From positions 96,001 through 160,000 of the forward strand of contig CBDBFU010000020.1 in assembly GCA_965205025.1 (NCBI GenBank): a DNA stretch of 64,000 nt, given 5' to 3'. Numbering within the stretch: the first letter of the stretch is position 1; the number at the start of each line of letters is the position of its first letter. The notes beneath the pieces are model-generated. The model had not been told where the DNA came from, did not search any database, and was given only the letters and a program-made list of their open reading frames with translations. The position numbers and the translations under genes were made by a program. Below, piece by piece: positions 32,030 through 43,142 of the stretch. The stretch comes from Candidatus Poribacteria bacterium (GTDB taxonomy: Bacteria > Poribacteria > WGA-4E > WGA-3G).

Positions 32030-34093
32030 ATGGAACATAAACGAACCTATAGTATGAATCAAATGAAGTCTGTTGATACAGATGCAACAACTTGGAAACT
32101 GCCCGAAGGTGCGATCGGCAGATTAGCGCGAGGACGAGTAGAGGATATGTCCTTTTCGGCAGATGGTAAATACCTTGCTGTCGCAACACCGATCGGTTGT
32201 TGGTTGTATGACCGATCATCGCTGAAACCGCTAGCGTTATTTGATACAGAATGCGGTATGCTTGATACCATTGCCTTTTCACACGACACGCAGTTGATTG
32301 CCACCAGTAATAAAGATGGTGTTGTGAAGGTATGGGATACACAAACGCTAAAGTGCCTTGCGAAGATAGACCATCGCAAGAATGTAGAAGCAACGACCGG
32401 GTATTTTTGGAATCTCTGTTTTTCACATGATAATCAATACTTAGCCGCCTCCTGTTTTGAGGAACAAAATGTTATCTACGCGTGGCAAAAAAACACTGAC
32501 GAACCTGCGATTTGCTTCTCTATTGACTTAGAAGGAAAGGCTAAACGCGACCTGCCTATCTGTTTTTCTCCGATAGGGAATCTATTTGCTTACGTGTCCG
32601 CTGAAAATCACCGTAACACTCTTACTATTTCCGATATAGAGACCGGTGAACATATCACACATCTTAGTCAATCCTCGGCACTGTCTAAATACCGCTATCT
32701 CGTCTTTTCTCCTTGTGGACAATATATTGCTACTACTAATCGGAACAAAGAGGTGTTAGTGTGGAATGTTTACAACGGCACTTTAGAAACCGAACCAACT
32801 ACTTATGATAGAGGAGGGATAAGCCCTGCCTATACACCTGATGGCACACTGCGCGTTGCCGAATATTATTATAGTAAAGTTGTGATATGGGATGCTGTCC
32901 GAAAAGAAAAAATAGATACTTTTGAATGTCGGAAACACCGACATAGTCGTTTTTCAAGCGATGGGGCACACATCGCAACGATCCTCTCCCGTAGTGAACT
33001 TTGCGTATGGACAGTCGGTTTGCCGTCAACCAAAGTTTCAAGTCCCGCTGATCATAAACCTGTTCCACACTCGGTTGCTTTTTCTAACAACGGTAAGACA
33101 TTAGCAAGCGGACACGCGTTTGGTATGTATCAGGTATTCTGGAATGTGGCACAGCGAAAAACAGAACAGATATTTCCAACGCCGAAGATACAAGCACAAC
33201 GCACAGCTCTCACTGAAAAACTCACAGTAGAAGAGAAACGGCAGTGGTATCATCGTCTTAGTGCCTTGTCGCCTTGTTGGGAAAAACTGGCACTTTGCGA
33301 CCTTCCAAAAGGATCAATTGAAATCTGGAATATTGCGTCTGAAACCCTCATCACAAAACTCTCGGACAGTACGGGATTTGGGCGTGAAATGCGCTTTTCA
33401 CCTACAGGTGAACATTTCATAGGCGCAGCGCCCACAGGTGATATCGGTGTCTGGGATATACAGTCCGATAAAAAAGTCAATACACTCACAGGACATACGA
33501 ATTTTATACGAACAGTAGCTTTCCACCCGGAAGGTAAACAACTCGCAACCGTCGCCCAGGACATAACTGCAAGACTGTGGGATATTGTCAGCGGTGAACA
33601 GGTTGGAGTGTTTCCAACTGAACTACCAGAAGATCTCTCTCTTTATAGAGGGGACCCAGAGCAGATACACCAATATATTGAAAAATATAAAAAAATAGGG
33701 AGACGCTATAAGTGTAACCCCCACAAACTTGCCTTTTCACCTTGTGGTACGATGATCGCCTGCGGAATACAGGAACATATTCGGTTGCGGGATGCAGCAT
33801 CCTTAGAAACGCGTATGCTCATACTACTACCCGAAACGTGTAGCAGACCGTTTGCGCTTACATTTTCACCCTGCGGAAAATACCTCGTTTCCGGGTCCTG
33901 GTGGAAAAAAGGATTGGAGAAAGTGTCCATACGAATATGGGAAGTCGAAACCGGTCAAAATATACATACTTTCTGGGGACATACTACGGATGTGCAGGAT
34001 CTCGCTTTCACACCGGATGGCAAACTCTTGGCAAGTGGTAGTTATGATGGAACTGTCCTGCTTTGGGATATTAAACCGTTTATCAACTCATAA
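32030..34093 (+). CDS. WD40-repeat protein 4
   Basis: TWKLPEGAIGRLARG ... LLASGSYDGTVLLWD. Confidence 0.92.
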   Translation: MEHKRTYSMNQMKSVDTDATTWKLPEGAIGRLARGRVEDMSFSADGKYLAVATPIGCWLYDRSSLKPLALFDTECGMLDTIAFSHDTQLIATSNKDGVVKVWDTQTLKCLAKIDHRKNVEATTGYFWNLCFSHDNQYLAASCFEEQNVIYAWQKNTDEPAICFSIDLEGKAKRDLPICFSPIGNLFAYVSAENHRNTLTISDIETGEHITHLSQSSALSKYRYLVFSPCGQYIATTNRNKEVLVWNVYNGTLETEPTTYDRGGISPAYTPDGTLRVAEYYYSKVVIWDAVRKEKIDTFECRKHRHSRFSSDGAHIATILSRSELCVWTVGLPSTKVSSPADHKPVPHSVAFSNNGKTLASGHAFGMYQVFWNVAQRKTEQIFPTPKIQAQRTALTEKLTVEEKRQWYHRLSALSPCWEKLALCDLPKGSIEIWNIASETLITKLSDSTGFGREMRFSPTGEHFIGAAPTGDIGVWDIQSDKKVNTLTGHTNFIRTVAFHPEGKQLATVAQDITARLWDIVSGEQVGVFPTELPEDLSLYRGDPEQIHQYIEKYKKIGRRYKCNPHKLAFSPCGTMIACGIQEHIRLRDAASLETRMLILLPETCSRPFALTFSPCGKYLVSGSWWKKGLEKVSIRIWEVETGQNIHTFWGHTTDVQDLAFTPDGKLLASGSYDGTVLLWDIKPFINS

Positions 34094-34234
34094 AGATTTC
34101 TTGTCAATTCATTTATAGCATAGCATATCAATACCGGTTGCATTGCCCAACTTTATCAGTCAATTTCGCATAACATATTGTAGTGCGAAGTTACCGAGCT
34201 TCGCGTGCCATATAACAATAAGAGGAGATATATT

Positions 34235-37144
34235 ATGGAAAATAGAAAACCTATAACCCCTACATTTAGACCTATCCACGACGCGGATGTGACAACTTGG
34301 AAACTTCCTGATGGTGCAATTGCCCGATTAGGACGAGGAGTTATACGTGACATTTCGATTTCTTCAGAAAAGAGAATTTTCGCTTTGGCAACTCACATTG
34401 GCACCTGGGTGTATGAACTTGATACTATGCAGCCCATTGCTTTATTGGACACCGAACGAGGCATGGTCATGACCGTTACGCTTTCTAACGACGGACAATG
34501 GATTGCTACCCATAACTGGGATGGTATTATAAAGGTATATGAAACAGATTCCCAACAGTGTGTTGCGAAAATACAAGGATGGTACAAAAGCACTTCCATA
34601 CTTACTTTCTCACCAGATAATCAATACATTGCTGCATCCGGATATTACTACGGAGACATATATGTTTGGTGTACAGAAACAGGCAACCATATCACAAGAT
34701 TCAAAGCGGAAGGTAGGATAGAAGGAAAACTGAAGAAAGATGAACGATATCCTTCTCGTTACCCTCTCTGCTTTTCATCTGACGGGCAACTACTCGCGTA
34801 TGCATCTACAAAGTACACCATCACTGTCCGTCACATTAATACGAAAGAACATAAAGCATTTATGACCACAACGCTCCATTTGTCCTGCGACAGCTATATA
34901 TATATGGTCTCGCCTTCTCACCATGTAGCCAATTTCTTGCTGCAAGTATTCGGGATCTATAGTAAACTTTAGAATTAATGATACATGTTTATAACTTCAT
35001 CAATGGTTATATCAGCATTGTATTCTCTGAGACGTTTGATATTCGCAAAGTCGTGTTCAATCGGGTTGTAGTCCGGTGAATAAGGTGGCAAAAACAATAC
35101 CTCTGCTCCCGATGCTTCTATCAACTCACGCGTCCGAAGCGTCTTGTGGATCTTCGCATTATCAAGAACAACCACGTCTGAGACAGACAGCCGTGGACAT
35201 AAATAGGCTTCAAGCCACGCATTGAAACACGCAGAATCGCAGCTTCCATCAAACAAACAAGGTGCCGTAAAAGTCGAACCGATACGCGCTGCGACCAGCG
35301 TCGTTGTTCGTGTTCTTGTGCCTGAGATCAAACCTAAGACACATTCACCTTTCGGGGCATAGCCATGACGCCTATAACTTTCAGCACGAAAACCGCATTC
35401 ATCAACATAAACTATCTTTTTACCAGCGGCGTGTTTCTCGGTGAGTGTCTGACGGTAGCCCCTCCGTTTCTCATCGCACCGCTCCTTATATCCGATTGTT
35501 TTTTTTTCGTGTGATGCCGAGTTTCCGCAACCCATAGGCTATAGAAGACTCTGAAACACCGAAATGTGAGGCGCGTTCGTTTTGCGTCAAGTCTGGGAAA
35601 TCAGCGACATGTTTTTTCAGTGCTGCCTCGTCAAGCACTCTCATGCTTTTGGGCCCCGGTTTTTGGGTCGAAAGCGGGTCTTCAGCGGCTAACCATCTAT
35701 AAATCGTTGAACGATTCAGAGAAAAACGACGGGCAGCTTCGGCTTTTTTCCCGCCAGCTTCAATAAAATCTAAAACGCGTTTGCGTAAATCTGTTGAATA
35801 TGCCATAATAGACACATTCTACTACAAAATACAAAAAATGTCTCTTTAATTCTGATGGTCACTATAAATACACGTGAGAACATTGAGGTACAAGTATGGA
35901 ATATTGACACAGAGACCTTAGAGACTACCTACAAAGACTTTGGAGGAAGACGAGTGATTCCCGCTTATTCACCTGAAGGAACATTGCAGATTGCCGATGT
36001 TTATGAAGAAAAGGTGGTGATGTGGAACGTATCTCAAGAAAAGAAACTTGACACAATTGAATATCATGGAGAGAATCGATCAGTATGTCTTTCTACTGAT
36101 GGACGACAGCTGGCTATTGCCACTAACCGAGAGATCCGAATATTGGAAACTGATTCTATCAAAGTAATATCATTTCCTGAACCTATTTCTCCATCCGACT
36201 CAATGTTCTTCTCTCAATCTGATAATATTTTAGTTTGCAAGTACTGGAGCGAAAGTAATATCATTTTCTGGGATGTTGTTCAGAAACAAGTGATACCTTC
36301 TCCAATCAAAGCAATAAGCGGCGGCAAAAAGTGTGCATTGTCTCCTTGTGAAGAACTTTTGGCTGTCATTGGAGAAAATAGGCAAATCCTTGAAATTTGG
36401 AATATCGCCACTGGTGCTCAAATAGCTGAACTCTCCGAACATCAGAGTAGTATTTCCTGTTTAGTGTTTTCGCCTACAAGTGAATACCTCATCAGTGGAG
36501 ATGGAGATGGAAAACTTACTGTATGGAGTGTCCAAGATTGGGAAAAGCAGCATGCATTCAATGCACATACAGATGTGGTTAAGTCAGCATCCTTTCACCC
36601 TAATGGTGAAAAAATCGTTACCACCGCTTGGGATGGACCTGTCCATCTATGGGAGGTTAGGAGTGGTAAGCAACTTGGTTCACCAACTGTAGACTTCACT
36701 TTAGAAGATGCTTCTCTGTATAAGGGGGTACAGAGCGAAATCCAACGTCGTTTCAGACTGAAATCGAAAACGGAATGGATATGTTCTGTTACCTTTTCAC
36801 CTTCTGGTACACTGATCGCTGGTGGGTTGTGGGGTGAGATTCGTTTTTGGGATGCATCAACTTTGGTACCTCGTATGGGAATAATTCTACCAGAAAGTTG
36901 CTGGCGTGTTGGTCCAGTTGTATTTTCCCCATGTGGAGGATATCTCGCATCTGGTTCTTGGTGGAACGATACAGACAAAGTATCCATCCGTATATGGAAG
37001 GTAGACACTGGTGAAAATATCCACACTTTCTGGGGACATTCCTCAGATGTTCAAAATCTCACTTTTTCAAAGAATGGAGAACTCTTGGCAAGTAGCAGCT
37101 ATGAAGGTTCTATCCTGCTTTGGGATATGAAACCTTATCTGTAG
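34235..37144 (+). pseudogene. WD40-repeat protein 5, interrupted by IS630-B, plus an extra TA at ~34900
   Basis: Removing the IS restores ...AASIRDL-NTRENIEVQVWN... Confidence 0.85.
34960..35864 (-). mobile_element. IS630-family element type B, copy 2 (apparently intact; orfA/orfB joined by a -1 frameshift at A9)
   Basis: Near-identical to 12670-13575; TA duplicated at 34958-59 and 35865-66. Confidence 0.92.
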
Positions 37145-37249
37145 ATTTCAGAAAATTCAATGATGTAATATCTCAGGCATTGCGAAAAAGTGAAGGTTTT
37201 GCGTGATCTACATTTCCTTCTCGCTATAATAAATAAGGAGACAACTTTG

Positions 37250-39409
37250 ATGTACACAAATCAGACTGATGGTATAGATATAACTACTTGGAATCTCCCA
37301 GCGGGCGCGACTGCCCGTTTAGGAACGGGTTGGATAAGTGGGGGTATGACATTTTCACCAGATGGTGAGTCCCTTGTTGTTGCTTCAACTATTGGTTGCT
37401 GGTGGTATGACCTAAATACAATGAAACTTAGCAAATGGTGGAATACCGATCAAGGTGTGCTATTTGACATCGCCTTTTCACAAGATGGTCAATGGATTGC
37501 TACTGGAAACTGGAATGGTACCGTGAAAATTTGGGATACACAAAACCTGCAGTGTGTTGCTTTCATAGATTTACCTAAAAATCCGGAAGGTGTACTGGGA
37601 TTATCCCGAGATCTACTCTTTTCACAAGATGGGAAATACATTACGCGTTCTAACTTTATATCACGAGATTATGGTAGCGGTCAACATTTTACTGTTTACG
37701 ATTGGCAGGCAGATACTGATACTCCATTTAAGAGTCTTCCTGTTCAACCGGAACCAGGTAATATAAACATACGTCCAATAGCTCTTTCATCAGACGGAAG
37801 TCTAATCGCATATACTTCTGAAGCAAATATAACATCAGTTGTGGATATAGAGACAGGGGAACTGATTGCAAAACTACGTGATGATTATTCTGATACTTCA
37901 AAAGTTGGATGTGATCAATTAGTCTTTTCTCCGTGTGGACAATACCTTGCTGCTTCCAATCACGGTAACAAAGTTCACATCTGGAATGTTAAAAACGGCA
38001 CTCTGGCAATGGATCCAACAATCTATGACGACAAACGACAGTTAGATAGAAGCGTTCCTGCCTATGCACCTAATGGAAACTTACAAGTTGCTGGTTTCTC
38101 AAGGAATGAGGTGGTAATCTGGGATGCAACGCAGCAAGAAACGGTGGACACCTTTGAATTTCCAAGACCATTTGGTAGTTTTTCACGAGATGGAACTCGA
38201 TTCGCCACTCGAAATAGATGCGGAGAACTACAGGTGTGGACACGAGATAACCCATCAACGGTTCAGTCCCTTCCGACGCATATATCAAGAGGCGTAACTG
38301 CTGTTAAATTTTCCAAAGACTCTCGTAAACTACTGAGTGCTAATGATTTTTCAGGTTATAGATTATGGGATGTTACGAACCGACAAGTGAAACAGAAAAT
38401 CCATCTTGCACATCCAGAATCACCTGGTAAAATATCTTTATCCAGAAGTAAGAGACTCCTCGCTGTCTTAGAAGAAAGTCGTGTTGTTAGAGTTTGGGAT
38501 TTAGATGCAGATATACTGTTTGCAGAACTCAATGAAGAATATAAAGGAGTGAGATGGATGACGTTCTCTCCGTGTGAAGAATATCTTGTCACTACCAATA
38601 TTCGAAAAATCATCAATATCTGGCATCTTGAATCCAGCAAACGAATTGCTGAATTAACGCAAAATCCATCAAGAATCGTTAGAATGGGTTTTTCACCAGA
38701 CGGTGAACATTTTGTTAGTTTCTATGGTGATAGCTTCACAATATGGGATGCAACGCAGTGGAAAAAACGACACCACATTCAAAATCCAATTGTGCAAAGC
38801 GATATGCAAATCTCTAAACGTTGGCAATTATTGTTACCTTCAAACAAGAAACAGGTGTTCATAGTGCCACGGGTCGGTCCAATTCTCGTATGGGATCTAA
38901 AAAGCGGAGAGCAAGTCGGTTCACTGGATACATCAATATGTTCTGATCAATCATTGTATACAGGTACATCACAAGATATTCAACGTTTTCACGAACAACC
39001 AGATTCTGAAACGCAACGACTCTGGGGTAATCTCAGGTTATCTCCTTGTGGTACACGCATTGCTGCTGTGATTAGAAGGGCGGGGAAAAACGAAATCCGA
39101 TTATGGGATTCAACTACCTTAGAAACCTGTATGGTCATAATTCCACCTTCAGGATGTCAGAGACCACAGTCCCATACGTTTTCACCTTGTGGTAAATACC
39201 TTGCTGTAGGTGCACAATGGCAAAAAGGACAAGAATGGATATCGATCTATCTGTTGGATGTTAATACAGGTGAAAATATACATACCTTCTTGGGACATCC
39301 TACAGATGTTTGGTCACTCAGTTTTTCACCGGATGGTAAACTTCTGGCAAGTGGCAGTTATGATGGCACTATCCTGCTCTGGGATATAACACCATTCATC
39401 AATTCATAA
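37250..39409 (+). CDS. WD40-repeat protein 6
   Basis: TWNLPAGATARLGTG ... LLASGSYDGTILLWD; AAGGAG before MYTNQ. Confidence 0.92.
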   Translation: MYTNQTDGIDITTWNLPAGATARLGTGWISGGMTFSPDGESLVVASTIGCWWYDLNTMKLSKWWNTDQGVLFDIAFSQDGQWIATGNWNGTVKIWDTQNLQCVAFIDLPKNPEGVLGLSRDLLFSQDGKYITRSNFISRDYGSGQHFTVYDWQADTDTPFKSLPVQPEPGNINIRPIALSSDGSLIAYTSEANITSVVDIETGELIAKLRDDYSDTSKVGCDQLVFSPCGQYLAASNHGNKVHIWNVKNGTLAMDPTIYDDKRQLDRSVPAYAPNGNLQVAGFSRNEVVIWDATQQETVDTFEFPRPFGSFSRDGTRFATRNRCGELQVWTRDNPSTVQSLPTHISRGVTAVKFSKDSRKLLSANDFSGYRLWDVTNRQVKQKIHLAHPESPGKISLSRSKRLLAVLEESRVVRVWDLDADILFAELNEEYKGVRWMTFSPCEEYLVTTNIRKIINIWHLESSKRIAELTQNPSRIVRMGFSPDGEHFVSFYGDSFTIWDATQWKKRHHIQNPIVQSDMQISKRWQLLLPSNKKQVFIVPRVGPILVWDLKSGEQVGSLDTSICSDQSLYTGTSQDIQRFHEQPDSETQRLWGNLRLSPCGTRIAAVIRRAGKNEIRLWDSTTLETCMVIIPPSGCQRPQSHTFSPCGKYLAVGAQWQKGQEWISIYLLDVNTGENIHTFLGHPTDVWSLSFSPDGKLLASGSYDGTILLWDITPFINS

Positions 39410-39468
39410 GATATTGTATATTTTTAACTTGAAAAGAAAACAAATTCAATTTAGACTAAGGATTCGAT

Positions 39469-41316
39469 ATGCTTACTAAAACTTCTTTACAGAACTATCC
39501 TGAAGAAAACCTTATCTCTTTACCACCTAAAGCGATGGCTCGATTTGGCAGAGGAAGCGTCTCTGCTACTGCCGTTTCTCCCGATGGAAATACGCTTGCT
39601 GTAGCATCTCGGATTGGTGTGTGGCTTTATAATGCTCATACTGATGATTTTATAAAACTAATTGCTATAGAAGGCACAGGACTCCTTTCCAAGGTTACTT
39701 TTTCTCCCGATAGCACCCAAATTGCTATAGGAGATTGGGATGGTATTGCATCATTGTGGGATGTTGATTCTGGAGAAATGCATGCTACCTTTACGAATAC
39801 AGACTATGTGACTTCAGTCGCTTTTTCCCCAGATGGGAAACTTTTGGCGACTGCTACTCGGGATGGTAATGCAACATTATGGGATATTGATACTGAGGTA
39901 GAACGTTGGACGATTACCCACACAGATCGTGTGTCTGCAGTCGCTTTTTCTCCAGATGGATTACTTTTAGCAACCAGTAGTTGGGATAGTACAGCAAATT
40001 TCTGGGATGTTGAAACGGGTGAAAATCGTAGATGTTTTACCCATCAGAAGAAGGAGGTGAATATCTCATTTGACACAGGGCATGTTGAAACTTTTAATAA
40101 CTTTGGAATCAATTGCATTGCCTTTTCTCCAAATGGAAGATATTTTGCCACAGGTGATCGTATTGTAGGTGATTTAGAGGGTTTTACGACATTGTGGGAT
40201 GTTGAAAGTGGTGAAGTATTGTGGAATTTTACACATGAAAAATCGGCAACATCTTTTACTTTCTCAACAGACAATAGGTATATGGCAACTCGTTTTTCAG
40301 GGGGAGATATTGATGTGCGTTGTATTACCGATTGCACATCAGCAACATATCAAGAAGGGGAATGGACTATAGATAAAAAGCAATCTCCTTCAAACCACCC
40401 ACGAGGATTATACGGTTGGCTTGTTAATTTTTCACCGGATGGGAAGCATTTAGCTGCTGTAGAAGAAAGTTCTTCACTTAAGATATGGGACATAGAATCT
40501 GGGACAAACATAAGGTCAATTGATCAGGATATTTTACAGGCAAAAGATATGACATTTTCACCCGAAGGACACTGGGTTGGGGTGAGTCGTGCATCAAATA
40601 GTGCTACATTTTGGAATGAACAGGAACAAACAATTGACTTTCCACATGAAGACATAATATCCACAGCTATTTCACCTGATACACAGTTTGTAGCAACAGG
40701 TGGTCGAGATAAAAAGGTCTATTTATGGGATAGAGCAACACAAAAACTGGTGAATACACTTTCTGGTCATACAGGACCAATTATTCACCTTGCGTTTTCA
40801 CCTGATAGCAAACATTTAGTAAGTACAGGTGGTCGTGTAGTGGAAATACGAGAAGAAGATGGAGTCGAATATATGATCGCGAATGCGGATGATCATATAG
40901 ATCAAACAGCAAAAGTTTGGAATATTGAAACAGGTATTGAGATCGCTACACTTACACATTCTTTCTCCATCGATGTGGTTGTCTTCTCTCCAGATAATAT
41001 GTATCTGGCGACTACGTCAGGTACAGATGTATATTTATGGGATACCAAAACGTGGCAGAAGAATATAACACTTGAAACAGTAAGAGTTGAGTCGCTTGTG
41101 TTTTCACCAGATTGTACTTTTCTTGCCGTTGGAGGAGCAGGCAAGAAACCTCAAATCCAGATATGGAATGTAGAAACAACCCAACTTGTTGTAGAATTCC
41201 CTGGACACAAGAGTGATGTAGAGTCTGTTACCTTTTCTCCTGACGGCACACTATTAGCAAGTGGAGGTTTTGATGGGGTCATCTACTTGTGGGATATGAA
41301 ACCTTACCTGAGTTAA
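39469..41316 (+). CDS. WD40-repeat protein 7
   Basis: LPPKAMARFGRG, multiple VAFSPDG...WD repeats. Confidence 0.92.
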   Translation: MLTKTSLQNYPEENLISLPPKAMARFGRGSVSATAVSPDGNTLAVASRIGVWLYNAHTDDFIKLIAIEGTGLLSKVTFSPDSTQIAIGDWDGIASLWDVDSGEMHATFTNTDYVTSVAFSPDGKLLATATRDGNATLWDIDTEVERWTITHTDRVSAVAFSPDGLLLATSSWDSTANFWDVETGENRRCFTHQKKEVNISFDTGHVETFNNFGINCIAFSPNGRYFATGDRIVGDLEGFTTLWDVESGEVLWNFTHEKSATSFTFSTDNRYMATRFSGGDIDVRCITDCTSATYQEGEWTIDKKQSPSNHPRGLYGWLVNFSPDGKHLAAVEESSSLKIWDIESGTNIRSIDQDILQAKDMTFSPEGHWVGVSRASNSATFWNEQEQTIDFPHEDIISTAISPDTQFVATGGRDKKVYLWDRATQKLVNTLSGHTGPIIHLAFSPDSKHLVSTGGRVVEIREEDGVEYMIANADDHIDQTAKVWNIETGIEIATLTHSFSIDVVVFSPDNMYLATTSGTDVYLWDTKTWQKNITLETVRVESLVFSPDCTFLAVGGAGKKPQIQIWNVETTQLVVEFPGHKSDVESVTFSPDGTLLASGGFDGVIYLWDMKPYLS

Positions 41317-41367
41317 TTCGTAAACTATTTAGCATCTATCCTTCTAACATCACACACTACTTAATAA

Positions 41368-43083
41368 ATGAGATTAGATAAAAACCAACAAAATGCTGTC
41401 AATCATTTCAAGGGACCAGCAATTGTTGTTGCTGGTCCTGGAAGTGGAAAAACAACAGTAGTAACCGCAAGAATACTCAATCTCATACAAACTCATAATA
41501 TCCCACCATTCCAAATTCTTGCAATTGCCTTCAATAGAAAAGCAGTTGAAGAAATGGAAACACGGATAATACGGGAACTGCCATCACAGAGCGAATTACC
41601 AGTTATACGTACCCTCCACGCATTCGGTAAAGATATCATCACAGAACACTATCAGAAAGCAGGATTTAAATGCCTACCTGAAATCTGGACAGGTGAAATT
41701 GATCGCATCATTGCAGATGAAGCGAAGCAAATACATCAAGCTGCATCTACATCCCCTGTTTCGATCTATAAAATTGAGAATAAACTTACTGGAAAGTGTT
41801 ATATTGGACAGACAACAAATCTTGAACGGCGTAAACGCGAGCACTTCACAGGATCATCAAATGATAGACTTCGTCAAGCTATAGGTTCAGAAGGTGAGAA
41901 TCAGTTTAGTTTTTCTATATTGGAGGAGGTCTCAGGTAGAGAAGCAAATTTTCGTGAATCACATTGGATTCGACTTCACAAAGAAATTGGGGAAGTATTT
42001 AATCGTGCTGATCCTTTACGACAACAGTATAGCAATCAAATTATGATTGAGATGTTTTGTCAACATTTTGATATACCATATATAGAACATTCTGATAGAA
42101 ATCCAGATTTTGAGAATCTGTCAGAACAATTTCATGAAATAAAAGAAATTGTCATGCGTTCAAAACGACAAGTGGTATCAGGTTTGTTTGATCCAAACAG
42201 TATAGAAAATCCAATTGTCCGAGTATTTGCAAAGAAGTATGAAAGTATGAAATCACAGGCGAATGCAATTGATTTCGAAGATATGGTAATTTATGCTGCA
42301 AACCTATTAGAGACATACCCAGATATCAAAGAGAATTATTATGAAAGGTTTCCATACGTCCTTGTCGATGAATTTCAAGATATTTCTCCAACAGATTTCA
42401 GGCTAATATCAAACCTTTCAGATAATCTTTTTGCTGTGGGTGACGATGATCAAGCAATTTACAGTTTTCGTGGTGGTGATTCCCATATAATGCTGCAATT
42501 CTCTGAACGGAAGGATGTGATGAAATATGAGATCACACGTAACTATCGATGCACATCTACAATTGTTGAGCATGCACGAGCATTGATAGAACGCAATCAC
42601 CCACGGATCCGAAAAAACTTACGTGCCTTTAACTCCATAAAATTTGATATTAAAGGATTAGAAACAACACCTGATACTATAACACATCATCTATTAGATC
42701 AACTTTCAGTGCAAATTGAGACTGCTATCCTTGTAAGAACAAACTATGAAGTAGATAGAATTAAGGATATTATTTCTGAAATCTCTACACCTAATCCAAT
42801 GGAAGTGACAACTATTCATAAAGCAAAAGGAAGAGAATGGGATAGAGTAATTCTCATTCACAATACACTTGACAGGAGATTTCCACGAAAGGATACTATT
42901 CTTGCTGAAGAACGACGTGTCTTTTATGTCGCGATGACACGTGCCAAGGATGAATTGATTGTCCTTGGTGGTACATGTCAATTTGTTCCTGAATACCAGA
43001 ATATATCAAAGAATCTCGGTTATTATGTCCGACAGATATTTTATTGGTGGGATAGAAGGAAGATGAAAAAACTCAATACTTGA
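41368..43083 (+). CDS. UvrD/PcrA-like SF1 helicase with an inserted GIY-YIG endonuclease domain
   Basis: AGPGSGKT, AFNRKA, VDEFQD, VGDDDQAIYSFRG, NYR, TIHKAKGRE, EERRVFYVAMTRAK; insert SIYKIENKLTGKCYIGQT...RRKREH...RE...FN. Confidence 0.9.
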   Translation: MRLDKNQQNAVNHFKGPAIVVAGPGSGKTTVVTARILNLIQTHNIPPFQILAIAFNRKAVEEMETRIIRELPSQSELPVIRTLHAFGKDIITEHYQKAGFKCLPEIWTGEIDRIIADEAKQIHQAASTSPVSIYKIENKLTGKCYIGQTTNLERRKREHFTGSSNDRLRQAIGSEGENQFSFSILEEVSGREANFRESHWIRLHKEIGEVFNRADPLRQQYSNQIMIEMFCQHFDIPYIEHSDRNPDFENLSEQFHEIKEIVMRSKRQVVSGLFDPNSIENPIVRVFAKKYESMKSQANAIDFEDMVIYAANLLETYPDIKENYYERFPYVLVDEFQDISPTDFRLISNLSDNLFAVGDDDQAIYSFRGGDSHIMLQFSERKDVMKYEITRNYRCTSTIVEHARALIERNHPRIRKNLRAFNSIKFDIKGLETTPDTITHHLLDQLSVQIETAILVRTNYEVDRIKDIISEISTPNPMEVTTIHKAKGREWDRVILIHNTLDRRFPRKDTILAEERRVFYVAMTRAKDELIVLGGTCQFVPEYQNISKNLGYYVRQIFYWWDRRKMKKLNT

Positions 43084-43142
43084 TATGGATATTATGCTAT
43101 AATCAACACCAGTTTTTTTAATTTGTATCATCAATAATATAA

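Noticed and set aside
26428-41316. Integron cassette array or DGR targets
   Set aside because: No integrase or reverse transcriptase in the window, no convincing attC boxes, no adenine-specific TR/VR pair seen
41761-42003. Intein or group I intron in the helicase
   Set aside because: No C/S...HN-C/S/T splice motifs; insert is short, in frame and leaves no room for a ribozyme core
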